Shown here in pieces: positions 12,048-24,800 of a DNA stretch of 64,000 nucleotides. Source of the stretch: Scenedesmus sp. PABB004. Lineage: Eukaryota. The DNA is taken from NCBI GenBank assembly GCA_014905635.1, contig JABVCE010000005.1, positions 1,116,001 through 1,180,000 of the forward strand, read 5' to 3'. Both the position numbers and the translations under genes were made by a program. Numbering within the stretch: the first letter of the stretch is position 1; every line of letters starts with the position of its first letter. The notes under the pieces are model-generated. The model searched no databases and was not told where the DNA came from. It saw nothing but the letters and a program-made list of their open reading frames with translations.

Positions 12048-12433
12048 GCCGGCGGCGGCGGCGGGGTGTAGCGTAAGAAGCTACGCGTGCAGCGAGCGTC
12101 AAACGTTGCCGCAACGACCGTTCAAAACCGCGCTGCGCCGCCGCCAGGCTCCCTTGCCTGCTCATCTGCTGCCCCGCGGCCTGCCGAATCGAGCGCCCGC
12201 GCGATCCCAGCCAGCGCGCGCAGCCGCCGCCCGCGCCGCCCGTTGTGAGCGCTCGCGCCGAATCAAGCCGCTGCCCACATGCTTGCCGCCGCACCCCTGC
12301 GCTGGGCCGTGTGCTAGCCTGCGGCTTTCTGCAGCCGCGGCGCGGCCGCGCTCGCCAGGACGGCGCGGTGCCGGGCGGGGCCGCGGCCGCGGCGGAGACA
12401 GCGCTGAGCGGCGCACGCGCCAGCCGCGGCAGC

Positions 12434-13238
12434 ATGTCGCAAATCACGCTGGTGCGGCTGCCGCCGGCGTCATGGACCTACGGCACGGGCCTGGCGCCCA
12501 CGCGGCAGTGCAGGTGGGCGGCAGCGCCGGCGCCCGCTGCCTGCGCGCGCGCGGGACGCGGCTGGGGTGGTTCACGCCCCTGCCGCCGGCCGGCGCGTAC
12601 CGCCAGGCTGGACCCCTGCAGCACCTCGCACGCCGCCGCGGTGGACGGCCAGGGCGTGCTGCACTATCTGCACGTCGACGCCGCGACGCGCGCGACGTCG
12701 GAGCTGCTCCGCTTTGCGCTGCGCTTTGCGCCCGCGCCCGGCGCGCCGGCGCAGGCCATCACCAAGCCCTGGGCGTTTGAGTTTGTGCCGGGCGCGCCGG
12801 GCGAGGTGCTGCTGGCACAGGGCGGCAGCTGCCGCCTGCTGTACGCCGCGCTGCCGCGGCGCGGCGCCGACGCGAGCGACGTGTATCTCTTTGGGACGCA
12901 CACGGGTGAGGCGGCGGTCCGCGCCGCCGCGACGGGGCGCCGCAGCTGCCGCCGCCGCCACGCGCATGCGCGCGCGCGCGGCGCCTGCGGCAGCCAAGCC
13001 CCCCGCCCGCCCGCCCGCGCGCCCGCCCGCCCGCGCTGCAGCGCCCGTGACCGCGTTTGCCACCAACGGCGCCGTCACGCTCAGCGGCGACGAGGGCGGC
13101 CTCCTCAAGCTCTGGCGCATGGCCGACGGCCAGCTCGCCGACAGCGCGGCGGCGTCCACGCGCGCGGCGGTGACCGCGCTCGAGTGCCTCGGCCCGCTGA
13201 TGGTGCGCTGCTGTGCCGCCACCGCCGCCGCCGCCCGC

Positions 13239-13299
<61 letters not shown>

Positions 13300-16236
13300 G
13301 CATGCCCCCCCCCCCCCCCGAACACGAGCCGCCGCCGCTGCCACAGGTGGCCGCCGGCAGCGCCGAGGGGCGCGTGACCCTCTACGACACCGCCTCGGGG
13401 CGGCTGCTCGCGGTGCAGCGCCTGCAGGCCGGCGACGGCCCCGTGGGCTGCCTCGCGAGCTGGCTACACCCACAGGCGCTCGCGGCCAGCGCGCTCGCGC
13501 CGCCGGGGCCCCTCGCGCCGGACGGCGGCGGGCTGCTGCCGGGGCCCGACGTCGGCCTGCCCTGGCGGCAGGCGCCGGGCGGCACGGCTCCGCGCGACGG
13601 CGGGGGCCGCCGCCCGCGCTGCTGGCAGTCGGGTCGCCGGCGGGCTGGCTGCGCGTGTTTGCGGCGAGCCGGGCAGGGCCGGACAGCTGGGCCCTGCTTG
13701 CTGCGCACGGCAGCGAGCAGGCAGCGCCCATCACGGGCCTGGCCTTCACGCCCGAGGGCGACACCCTCGCGGTGGCGGGCGCCAGCGGCCAGGCGCTGGG
13801 CACCGAGGCGGTCAGCCTCGCGGCCGCGGGGCAGCAGCCGGGCGCGGTCAGCCTCTACGCGCTGCCCGCCGCCGGCGGCGGCGGCGAGCCGGCGCGGCTG
13901 GTGCCGTGGCACCAGTGGGCGCTGCGCTCGCTGCCGGTGGGCCTGGCGGTGCTGCCCAGCAGCGGCGTGCAGCTCCTGACGGGCATGCAGCTTGGCGCCG
14001 TGCAGGTGGTGCACCTGCTCGCGCCGCCGGAGCTGGGGCCGACCCTGGTGCTCACCGCGTCGCGGCCGCTGGAGGCCGCCCCCGGCTCGCCGGCACGCGC
14101 GCTGGCGGGCTCGCCCGTCTTTCACGTGGCGCAGCGCGACCTGGCGGCGGTCGCGGGCGCCATCAGCGCGGCGGGGGCCGCCTCGCTGCAGGAGGCCGAC
14201 CTCGAGGCGCTGCTGGACAGCCTGGTGGCGGAGGCCGCGACCGCGTTGGAGCTGCAGGTGGCGGGGCCGCAGCCGCGCGCGGCGTCGGCGGAGCCCGAGG
14301 GCGGCCAGCTGCCCGCCGCGTCACCCGGAAGCTTTGGGGCGCAGCTGCTGGCGGCACAGGCGCAGGAGGAGGAGGAGGAGCAGGAGCAGGAGCTCGGCCA
14401 GCCGGGCCGGGCGCCCGGCGCTCGGCGGCACCTGTTTGGCGCCGATGGCGCGGCGGCCAGCCCACCGGCCAGCCCAGCGCCGCGGGGTCAGGAGGGGCTG
14501 CTGGCCCTGCTCGGGGCGCTGGAGCAGGCGCCGCCGGAAGCGCCGCGGGCGGCGGCGCGGGCGGCAGAGCAGGAGGCCGCGCCCGACCTGGCAGCCGCCT
14601 TCCGGCGGCCCTCTACGCTGCCTGCGCTGCGCAGCTGGATGGACCGCGACGCGGCGCTGGCCGCCGGCATGGTGGCAGAGGCTGGCCCCGGCGGCGCGCT
14701 GGACCTGGAGGCGCTTGCTGAGGAGATGCGGCAGCAGGCGGAGCAGCGGCGCCAGGCTGAGGCGCAGCGCGAGGCCGAGGGGGCGCAGCCGCCGGCAGAC
14801 GCGCAGCCGCCGGCAGACGCGCAGCCGCCGGCAGGCGCGCAGCCGCCGGCAGGCGCGCAGCCGCCGGCAGGCGCGCAGCCGCCGGCAGAGGTGCAGACAG
14901 AGCCGGCGCTGGCGCGGACGGCCGACCGCGAACCCGCACACCAGGCGGCGCCAGAGCCGGAGGGCGAGGGTGAGCTGCCCTGCGAGTCGACCTTTCAGGA
15001 CCTGCTGGAGGCGGCGGAGCAGGCGGCAGCGGTGCCGGGGCCCCGGCAGCCGGGCGCGGCGCAGCCTCCGCCGCCGCCAGAGGCGGCGGCAGCGAGCGAT
15101 GCGCCTGCCAGCAGCGCGGCAGCGCCGCCCGCGCCCGCCGGCAGCAGTGACGAGGAGGAGCCGCGCCCCAGGCAGCTGCCCAGCGCGCTGCAGCAGCCAC
15201 GCGCGCCCGCTGCGCCCCAGCCGGCCAGGCGCGCGGCGGCGGGCTGGGCTGCCGGAGCAGTGCTGACGACGCGCGTGAGCGCTGGGGACGTCGCACCAAG
15301 CGAGCAGCCGGGCGGCACCGAGGGCGCGCAGCCGGCAGCTCAGGGCTCTGAGCACGCGCTCGCGCCGCAAGAAGCGGCGGAGCTGGAGCAGCCGCTGCCG
15401 CGGCAGGTGCGGGCCGCCAAGCCGCCGGGCGTGAGGGAGCGCCTCAACCTGCGCCTGCAGCGGCAGCGCCAGCAGCAGCAGGGAGTGCCAGCCGCAGACG
15501 AGGCGGCCGCCGGCGCAGCGGCTCCAGGCGCGGCCCCGGCCATGCCCGCCAGCGACCACCCGCTGGCGACGGCGGTCGTCAACAGCTCGCTGCTGCTGGC
15601 CAAAGCAATCGAGGTGTGCTGGGTCGGGGGCTTGCCCGCGCGGCGCGCACACGCACGCGCGCCTGCGCGCGGCCCGCGCCGCTGCCGACGCTGCCGCCCG
15701 CGCAGGAGGCGGAGGCGCCGCCGCAGGTGGCCGTCGACGCGGACGCGCCCGAGGTGCTGCGGCTGGCGGCGCGGCTGGCGGAGCTGGACGTCGAGCGCGG
15801 CGCGTGCATGTACGACTACGGCGAGCTGCCGGACCTCAAGGACATCCCCACGCCCACCCACGCCCGCAGGCGCGGCGCAGGCGCCGCAGCACACGCGTCA
15901 GCCCTGTCCAGCCGCTCCCACCTGCCCTCCCTCTCTCCCTCTCGCTCCCGCCTTGCTGCTCTCCCGTGTGCGCACGTGCGCAGCTGCCGCGCTCCGCTGC
16001 CACCCTGACGGCGGGCTGCGCCGCGTTGTCGCCGCCGCCGCAGGCTGGTGCCCAAGCAGCTGGACGCGCGCTGGGTGGCGTCGCGCAACCTCAAGCCGCA
16101 GCTGTCCACGCTGTTCCAGCCCGCCGACTGGCAGCCCGGGGCGGTGCAGCCGCAGGTGCTGGTGCTGCCGGCCTGGCCGACGCCCCAGGCGGTGGTGCAG
16201 CAGCTGCTGTGGCCCGGCAGCGACGCCGGCCAGTGA
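12434..16236 (+). CDS. WD40/beta-propeller protein with low-complexity C-terminal half; apparent frameshift at 13602-13606
   Basis: WD-like blades HTAPVTAFA..LSGDEGGLLKLWR, VAAGSAEGRVTLYD, PITGLAFTPEGDTLAVAG. Last exon ends TPQAVVQQLLWPGSDAGQ*. Confidence 0.75.
14784..14888 (+). repeat. Coding 18-bp tandem repeat (AQPPA[D/G] x6)
   Basis: GCGCAGCCGCCGGCAG(A/G)C units in the large exon of the WD40 gene. Confidence 0.9.
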
Positions 16237-17713
16237 CGCGCGCGCCGCGGGCGCTCGCGTCGCGCGGCCTGGCAGCGGCTGCCGCAAGCGGTGCAACTGG
16301 CCGGCCGTCCCACCCGCCCGCCGGTGCCAGCCAGCCCGCCGCTCTCGCGCTGCCGCTGCACCCTGCGCGCTGCCGCCGGGCCCTGGCGCGCGCACCGCAG
16401 CACGCCGCGCCAGCGCACAGCGCCGCCACCGGCTGCGCGCCACCGGTCTGTGCGTGCACCGGCGTCGCCGAGCGGCCGTGCCGTGCGTCAGCCTCTACCA
16501 CGCGCCGGCGCGCAGCCCGCGGCGGCGCCTGCCCGCGCCTGCCGGCCAGCGTTGATGGCCGGCCACTTCCCCGCGCCTGCCGGCGCGCGCGCCCCGCGGG
16601 CTCGCGGCAGCGGCGTGGCGTGCGCAGACAAGCTCGTGGGCGCTGGGGGGCCGACTTTGGGGGCGCGTGGCGCGCTCCGTTGTTACGGGAGGTCGCAGCG
16701 CGCTGAGACCCGCCGTCCCTGCGCCTACAAAGCGCGGCGCCTGCCCCCACGCCCGGCATTCTTGCGCTTGGGGCATTGCGGTAGTTAATGAGGTCTAACC
16801 GAGACACCGCTATTGCTGGTTGAAAACTATTTCCAATCCCCACACTGGTGCCTTCGGGCGCCAGTGTAATTTCTTGACGGCAGGCGGCGCAAGCCAGTAC
16901 CCTGCCTTACACTCGCAAACCAAGCGCCGCCCGGGCCGCGCCGCGCCGCCGGGGGAGGGCGCCGCGCAGCAGGCGCTCCCGCGCCGCGCTGGGGCGCGCG
17001 CCGCGCCAGCAGCGCCGCCCGGGGGGCGCGGGGCCGGCTGGCGCACACGCACGCGGCGCCGCGGGGCCGCGCGGCCGGCGGGGGCGCGGGGCGGCGGTCG
17101 CTGCTGCTGATCGCCCGGCCTCCCCGATCCCCGCCCGCCCCGCGCCCGCACCGACCCGCGCGCCCGCCCGGCCAGCAGCGCGCGATCTCCAGGCCCCACA
17201 GCCGCGCGCGCAGCGCGATCGGGCACAGCCGCGCGGGTGGTCGTCGGCCGCCGCGCCAACACCGCCGGCCGGGTGCGCAGCGCCGTGCCGCCGCGCCGCG
17301 CCGCCGGGGCCCCGCGCCCGCCTGCTCTGCGCCGGCGCGCGTCGGCGCAGGGGGCGGCGATTGTCAGCAGCCCGCGCGCAATCCGCGCCAGTCAAACCGT
17401 CCCGCGGCTCGCGCTGCCCCGGGCCTGTCGGGTGGTCGCCGCCGGCCCCGGGGCCCCGTGGCGTGCTGCGAGGCCGGCCGACGGCGCCGCCAGCGCCCGC
17501 CGCCCGGAGCCAGCCGCCGCGGCGCGCGCCGTCTGCGGCGCGTGCGCATGCACGCGCACGCCCTGCGCGGCACGCGGGCCGCCCGGCGGCGCGGCGCGAG
17601 GCGCGCGGGCAGCTCAGCCGTGCCGTTACAGCGGGGCGGCAGCCGCCCAAGCCCGCCCAGCGCTCCAGCGGGCTCACGCGGCGCGGTGCAGCACGCGGTC
17701 CAGCGTCAGCTGC
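16181..17713 (-). repeat. Right arm of ~1.54 kb inverted duplication
   Basis: Reverse complement of 8298-9837. Includes an orphan copy of the Pol kappa end [12 protein letters not shown] (17713-17674, minus strand). Confidence 0.97.
16758..16908 (+). ncRNA. U4: U4 spliceosomal snRNA (copy 2)
   Basis: ATTCTTGCGCTTGGGGC..TATTGCTGGTTGAAAACTATTTCCAATCCCC..AATTTCTTGA..GGCAGG..CCTGCC. Identical by eye to copy 1. Confidence 0.95.
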
Positions 17714-17774
17714 AGCCTCGAGGCTGCTGGCGAGCTCGCCAGGCACCGACAGCCTGCAGCTGGCGCCGCCCCGC

Positions 17775-19345
17775 CTACAGGCCGTAGGGGAAGCTCGGCG
17801 CGCCCGCGGCGTCGCCGCCGCGGCGCAGCTCGGTGGGCGCGGGCGGCCCGCCCGCCGCGCCGGCGACGCAGTCCTCGGGGCTCGCCGCGTAGCCGGCCTC
17901 GGCGCGGTCGGCCGCCGCGCGCTTCATCGCGCGCGCCGCGCTGCGCTCGTGCCGCGCCTCGACCCCGTGGCGCGTGAGCACGATGAGCAGCAGCGTGCAC
18001 GCAACGTACATCGCAAACGCGCCGCCCAGCGCGACCGCCGCGGCGCGCGTGCCCGACCGCGCCGCGCCGCGGATGCCCGCGAGCATGGCCCCGCCGCACA
18101 CGCAGCTCGCGGCCTGCATGAATGCGGCAAAGGAGCCGAGGTTGAGGCACACGGGCGGGCAGAGCGGCTGGAACGCGTAGCGCGCGCCGCCGCCGAGCAG
18201 CGCCGCCGCGGCGGGCGAGCCGGCGACGCTGTTGGCAAACGCGAGCGCGACGGCGGACGCGTCCGACGCGGTCGCGAGGTTGAGGCCCAGCGGGCCCAGC
18301 AGCGCGTCCGCCTCGCTGCCGCGCGCGGGGGCGGGCAGGCGGCGCGGTGAGCACGCGCTGCGCCATGTAGCGCTGGCGGCCCCGCGCGCGGCGCCGCGCA
18401 CCTGGTGCCGGACGTGATGGCCCGGTCAATGGCGATCGCGCCGCCCAGCCACAGCAGCATGCCCATCAGCACGAGCACGACCGCGAGCAGCAGCAGCCAC
18501 ACCATGAAGCTCAGCAGCCCGCCCGCCGCGCGGAAGACCGTGAACGTCCAGGGCTCGGGCAGGCCTGGCGGCCGGCGGCGGCGGCGGCGCGCGCGTCGAC
18601 GCGCGCCCGGGCCGCGGCTGCAGCCGGCCGGGCCCCGCGCCCCGCGCCCCCCGCGCGCCGCCGGCACCGCGGGCGCACCGCAGCTGCTGCGGCAGCAGCC
18701 GCCGAGCAACGCGGAGCGGTTGCCCGCGCCCCAGACGGCCAGCAGCACGACGAGGGCCGCGAGCACGAGGCCAAAGATCCCGACCGCGAGCGCCGCGCTC
18801 AGCAGCCCGCTCTTGACGCCGCTGACCATCGCCGGCGAGACGCCGATCGCGTCGGCGATCTGCGTGCGGCGGCGCGCGCCGGCGAGCTCTCGCGCGGGAG
18901 CGGGAGACGGCCCGCGCGCGGCAGCCGCGCAGGCAGGCAGTGCCGCAGGCTCAGCGTTCAGTGCCGCCCGAGCCTCGCGCGCACCCGCCACGTGAACTCG
19001 CCGACCCGCGCGGCGCCGCCGACGAAGAGCGCCAGGCCGCCGACAAACAGCGCCGCCGCGAGCAGCGCCGACCAGGGCGTCAGGCGCCAGCACGCGGCAG
19101 CGCCTCCCCTGCCGCCAGGCGGGAGCGGGCCGGCCGCCAGCGCGCGGTGGGCCAGTGGGCCAGCGCGCCGGCCGCCAGCGCGCGGGCCGCCAGCGCGCGG
19201 TGGGCCAGTGGGCCAGCGCGCCGGCCGCCAGCGCGCGGGCCGCCAGCGCGCGGTGGGCCCGCGCGCCCTGCGCGCCGCGCGGGGCGCGCTGCTGCTGCGC
19301 CCTGCCGCACCGGCGCTTGGGCGTGACCGGGTAGGCCGCGGCCAT
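17775..19345 (-). CDS. Four-transmembrane membrane protein of unknown function, multi-exon
   Basis: Hydrophobic segments WSALLAAALFVGGLALFVGG, LLSAALAVGIFGLVLAALVVLLAVW, LLSFMVWLLLLAVVLVLMGMLLWLGG and VALGGAFAMYVACTLLLIVL. Cys-containing loop CPPVCLNL..CVC. Confidence 0.8.
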
Positions 19346-19783
19346 GGCGCTGGAGGGCGTGGCGGGGCGCTGGCAGCAGCTGCCGCGCAGTGAGGAGGGG
19401 CCCCAGCTCTCGCGCGCCCGCGAGGCGGCCTGCGCGCTCGGCCACAGATCTTCGGAATGTTGTGGGAGCTGCGAGCGACTTCGGACAGCTGCGTGCGGCG
19501 CTCACGAGCTCGCGGCAGCTCTCGCGCCTCGCGAGGCTGCTGCTGCGCGTCGCTCCTGCCTGCAGCGCTGGTGGGAGACGGGATTTGTCTGGCGAGTGCC
19601 TGCAGAGGGCGCGGGGCAGCTCGTGGGGGCGCCCGCCGGCGGCTGACGGCGCCGGGACCCCGTCAGGCAGTCGCCGCCGCTCGCGGCCTCCGCGCGGACG
19701 CCGCGCCAGACCGCCCCACCCCTCCCCGTCCATCTCCACCCGCTCCACCCCTTTTACCCCCTCACCTCCGCCCCTCCGCCGCC

Positions 19784-21132
19784 ATGCGCCTCCCGCTGCT
19801 CTTCACCCGGCGCAAGAAGGAGGCTGCCGCCAAGGTGGGAGAGGGGCCAGCGAGCTCGGGGAAGCTCATGAAAAGCATGGAGGAGCAGCGCTGAAGGCAG
19901 CGCTCGGGGCGGGGGCGGCGGGCGCCGCAACTGGCGGTCGCGCATCTTCTTCGCCGCCGCGGGCGCACCTGGAGGCCCCCGAGCCCTGGCAGCCCGCGCG
20001 ACGGCCACAGTGAGCTGCGCTGACGCCCGTGCCGCTGCCGTGCGCCCGCCGCTGCCGCTGCCGTGCCCGTGCGCCCGCCGCGCCCGTGCCGCTGCCGTGC
20101 GCGCAGGCCGCCGCCGCGGCCGAGGCGGCCGCCGACGCGGCGTGCGGCCCTGACGTCGTCGACCCGCGGCTGGTGGCCGCCGTGCCGCTCATCCTGGCCC
20201 GCACCGGGATTTTTGAGGACCATGAGACGGTTTCGGTGCTCCTCGGCAGCTGCGCGGCGCTGCGCAGCGCGGTCGCCGCGTGCGGCGGCGCCGCCGGCGC
20301 GCGCGAGCTGGCGGCGGCCGCCACCGGCGCGGCCGCAGAGGCCGAGACGCCGCGCGACGCGGAGGCCGCCGCGCTCGAGGCACCCGGCCTGTGTGCCGCG
20401 CCGGCGGCCAGCGGCGGCGGCGGCGCCGAGCAGCGTGCCGAGCCTGACTCGGGCTGTGAGCCTGACTCGGGCTGCGAGCCCGCCAGCGCGGCCGTGCCAG
20501 CTCCCGGCGCGGAGCAGGCCCCGGCGCCCGCGAGCGAGCCCAGCGACGGAGGCGCCAGCGAGCCCGGCAACGGCGACGGCGCGGCCGACCCCGACGACCG
20601 GGCGCAGCAGGTCCTGGACGAGCTGCACGGCCTGCTCCAGCAGCTGCACGACCTGGAGCTGGGCCTGCAGGGCGACCCCGGCGCGCCCGCCACGCCGGCG
20701 CCGCCCGCGCCGCCCGCCCCGGCGCCGGCGCCGCACGGCAGCGCGCTGCAGGTCCGCATGCTGCGCAAGCAGCTGCTCACCGTGGCGGCGGCGGCCACGC
20801 TGCGCCCCGCGACCGGCGCGCGCGGCGCGGCGCCGCCGCCGCGCGGCTGCTCCCGGGCCGGGGGCATGGCGGCCTCGACCGCGCTGCGCGCCGAGGAGCA
20901 CCGCAAGCGCTGCGCCGCGTGCCGGCAGACGTTTGCGGCTGAGCGCCGCAAGCTGGAGGAGGACAAGGCGCGCGCCGCCGCCGCGCGCGCGCGCCGCGGC
21001 GCCGCGGCGGACGCGCGGCCGCCGCCGATGCGGTTCGGGCGCGACGGCTGCGGCTGGGACGCGCAGCCCGCCGCCGCCGGCGCCAGCCTGCTGGCGACCG
21101 TGCCGAGCTGCGAGCGCGTGCCGGCGGTGTGA
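19784..21132 (+). CDS. Hypothetical protein (2 exons)
   Basis: MRLPLLFTRRKKEAAAK, then a GT..AG intron, then AAAAAEAA..PDVVDPRLVAAVPLILARTGIFEDHETVSVLLGSC, in frame to the stop at 21132. Confidence 0.65.
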
Positions 21133-21842
21133 GTGGCAGCCGCGTCGTGACGTGCAAACCACGCGGCCGCCGGACCGCGAGCGGCAGTGTTGTCGGCGCC
21201 GGCTGCTGTCAGGCAGGGTGGGGAGACGCAGGCCTTGAACAGACACCCCGTCTGCGCCGCCGCCGCGGCAGCCGTCGCCGCGCGCAGCAGCGGCACGCGC
21301 GCACGCCGCCGGTGCCCGGCGGAGGGACCGGCTGAGCGGCCGGGACAGCAGGTGAGGAGATGGAGGTCCGCTTTCGGCCATGGGGCTGCCCGCTGAGCCG
21401 CACGGCAGCCAGGGGCGCACCGCCGACACGCAAATGCTCCCGGGAGCCGTCCGGCACTCGGGAGCGCGGCCTGGGCGCTGCCGCAGCGCCGGGCGGCACC
21501 GCTGCATGGCCGCACGACCGGCGGTGACCTGGCGTTGCCGTGCGGCCAGCGCGGGCCAGCGCTGGCCGGCGCCGGCTGGCAGCGCTGCTGTCGACGGCCG
21601 CCACCCCGGCCCGGGCAGGCCCTGGCGGCAGACATGCGCGCGGCGCCGCCGCTGCCGCCACCGCAGGTCGCCGCAGAGCTCTTGGGAGGCACGTGCTGCG
21701 CCGCCGGCGAGGGCGCGCACGGCCGAGCGGCATGCGCGCGGCGACGGCGTGAGGTGGGCGGCTGGCGGGGGCTGCCGGGCGCGGCGCGCAGCGCGCCAAG
21801 CGGCCGACCTCCGGCCGCCGCGTCGTGCTGCGCAGCCGCGCC

Positions 21843-24800
21843 ATGGGCAGCGGCGCCGAGGACGGGCCGGCGGGCCGGGGCGCGCGGCGCAAGGGCGCCG
21901 GCGCCCGCCTGAAGCACCTGCTGCAGCAGGAGGCCAAGGACCTGCAGGTGCGCGCCCCTGGCCGCGGTCGCGCGCGCGCTGCGCGTCGCCGCCGCTCCTG
22001 CAAGCCCCGGCTTGCAGGAGCGCGGGCCGCGCCCGTCGCCGCTCCTGCAAGCGGCGCCGCGAGCCGCGCCGCGACCTCGCGCCGCCGCCGCGCCCCGCGC
22101 CCGCGCCAGACGCTGGAGGCGGAGGACGACCAGGAGTCGGAGGAGCTGGCCGAGGCGGCCGCCAAGCCCAGGCAGCGGCACGACCGCCATGCCGCGCGGC
22201 AGGTGACCGCAGCCGAGGCGCAGGCGCCCCAGCCCCAGCAGCTGCCCCGGCCGCAGCGGCCGCCGGGCGCCTTTGCGCTGCCGTTCGCGGCGCTGGGCAA
22301 CGGCGCGCCGGGCGTGCTCACGCTGGAGCAGCTGCTCCAGCTGCAGGCGTCGCAGCTCGCGCTCGCCGGCGCGGCAGCAGGCGCTGCCGCGGCGGCGGGC
22401 GCGCGCGGGGCCATCGCGCCGCCCGGGGCGTCAGGAGCGCCGGCACGCGCTGCAGCAGCGGCGCCGGCGGCGGCCGCCCCAGGCTCGGCAGCAGCGGTCG
22501 ACGCAGCGATGGCGGCGGCCATGCCAGTGGATGTCAGCAAGCTCCTCGCCGCCAGCCGGGCGGCGGCCGGCGGGGGCGGCGCCGTCAAGCAGGGCGCCGG
22601 CGCGCGCGGCGGGGGCGGGCTGCTGGCTGCGGAGCGGCCGCGCATCACGCTGCCACCGCACTTCAGGGGCCAGGACAGCGGGCCCGGCGCGGCGGCGGGG
22701 CAGGCGGTGGGCGACGCGAGCGCGGCGTGGAGCGTGGGCAGGGAGGCAAAGGACGCGCGCGGCGCAAAGCGCCGGCGCGGCAGGGCCGACGCGGGCGGCG
22801 CCGACGCCGACGCCGACGACGGCGACGCCGACGCGGGCGACGACGGCGGCGCCGGCGGCGCGATCGCGCCGCCCGCGCCGCCCGCGCCGACGCCGACCCG
22901 GGCGCTCCCGCGCGGCGCGCGGCCGGCGTGGCTGGCGCAGGTCGACGACGGCACGGCGCACCTCAACAAGCGGCGCTGCCGCGCGCTGGAGGACGACCTC
23001 GCCGCGCCGCAGCAGCTGGAGTTCATGCTCGGCTGCGCCCGCTGCCACCACCAGCGGGTGCGCTGGGGGCGGGGCGGGGCGGCGCACGCGCGCTGCCGCG
23101 CGTGCTGCGCGTCCGGGGCTGATGAGCCCACACTTTTGCCTCATACTTCGCTGAAAGCCGCGCGCGGCCATGAGGAGATCGAGTGTCGCTGACCCAGACG
23201 CCAGGCGCCCGCGAGGACGGGGGCGGGGCCGCTGCGCCGCTGCCGCGCCGCGCCCGAGGCGCGCCCCGCCGCCCCCGCCGCCGCAGACCGGCTGCAGCGC
23301 GTGCCGCGCCAAGCCGGCGCTGCGCCGCCCCATGGCGCGCTGGCAGCCGGACGCGGGGCGCCCGCAGCTGGAGCTGCCGGACGCGCCCACGTTCTCGCCA
23401 ACGGCCGATGAGTTCGAAGACCCCCTGGCCTATCTCGCGAGCATCTTGGAGGAGGCGTCGCAGGCCGGGCTTGCCAAGATTGTGCCGCCGCGGGGCTGGG
23501 CGCCGCCGTTTGCCCTGCAGCGGGGCGGCAACGCGGAGGGCCTCCGCTTCGCCACGGCGCGCCAGTTCACGAGCCACCTCTGCATGCGCACGCCGCCGCC
23601 CGCGGCGGGCGACGCCGGGTGCGCGCGCCGGGGCGCCGCGGCGCACGCCGCACGAGCCGCCGGCGCCTGACTGACCGCGCCCGCACCCGCCTCCTCGCGC
23701 CGCGCCCGCAGGCCCGAGCAGCACCCGGCGCAGCTGCTGGGCCCCGAGGCGGCCGTGGTGGCGCGGCTGGACGCTCTGGGGCTGCAGGGCGAGCAGCCCG
23801 ACGAGCCCAGCAGCAGCGCGGTGGGCACAGTGGACGCTGCCGGCAGCGTGAGGCAGGCGGCGCGGTGCGCCGCCACGCCTCCCAGCGGCGCGCGCGTCAA
23901 GGCGGAGCCCGGCGGCGCCGACGCGGTCAGCGACTCCGACGCGGTGGACGCCGCGGCCGACGGCGCCGCGCCGCGCGCGCGGCCGCGCGCCGGCGGCGGC
24001 CGCCGCAAGCAGCAGCGCGCCGCCGTGCGGTCGCTGGCAAAGCAGCGTCAGCGGCACGCAGAGGGCGTGGACGCGGACGGGCAGGCGGAGGAGCAGGAGG
24101 AGCCGGACGAGCAGGCGGGGCAGCAGCAAACGCAGCAGCAGGAGGGCGGCGCGCAGCGGTGCAGCAGCATGAAGCAGGAGCCAGGCGTGGAGGTGAAGGA
24201 GCCGGGCGCGCAGCACCAGCGGGGGGCGCAGCCGCCGCCGCCGCCGCCGCCGCCGCCGTACGTGGAGGGCGCGGGCGGGCCGTCGCTGCCGGACCAGACG
24301 CACACGCTAGCCTCGTTTGCCGCGTACGCCGACTGGGCGCGGCGCGTGCACTTCTCTGCGCTGCCCTGCAACGCTGAGCTCAAGGCGGCGCTGCAGGAGT
24401 GCGGCGCCTCGCGGTCCGCCGCGCCGGCGGCCAAGCGGCAGAGGGCGGTGGGCCGGCAGTCTGGCCGGCAGCGGGACGCGTCTGGCGGCAGCGAGTCAGG
24501 CGACGAGGGGATGCAGGAGACGGGGGAGGGCAGCGACGACGAGGCGGAGGAGGAGGACGACGACGGCGACGAGGACTCGGAGCGGGGCGCCTCGGAGGCG
24601 GCGGACGAGTCGCGCAGCCGCAGCGCGCGGCAGCCGGGCAGGGCCGCCGCGGCGGTGCCCGCGCCAGAGCGGCAGAGCTCGCGCCTGCAGCAGAGGAGCG
24701 GCAGCCGGCGCGGCGGCGCGGCCAAGGCCAGGCCGGCGCCGTGCGGTGCCAAGCCGCGCGGCGCGGGCCGCAAGCGCGGAGCGGCCGGCGACGGCGCCGG

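Noticed and set aside
8298..17713. DNA transposon or foldback element with long terminal inverted repeats
   Set aside because: No transposase or target-site duplication was seen, and the arms consist of host gene ends plus U4.
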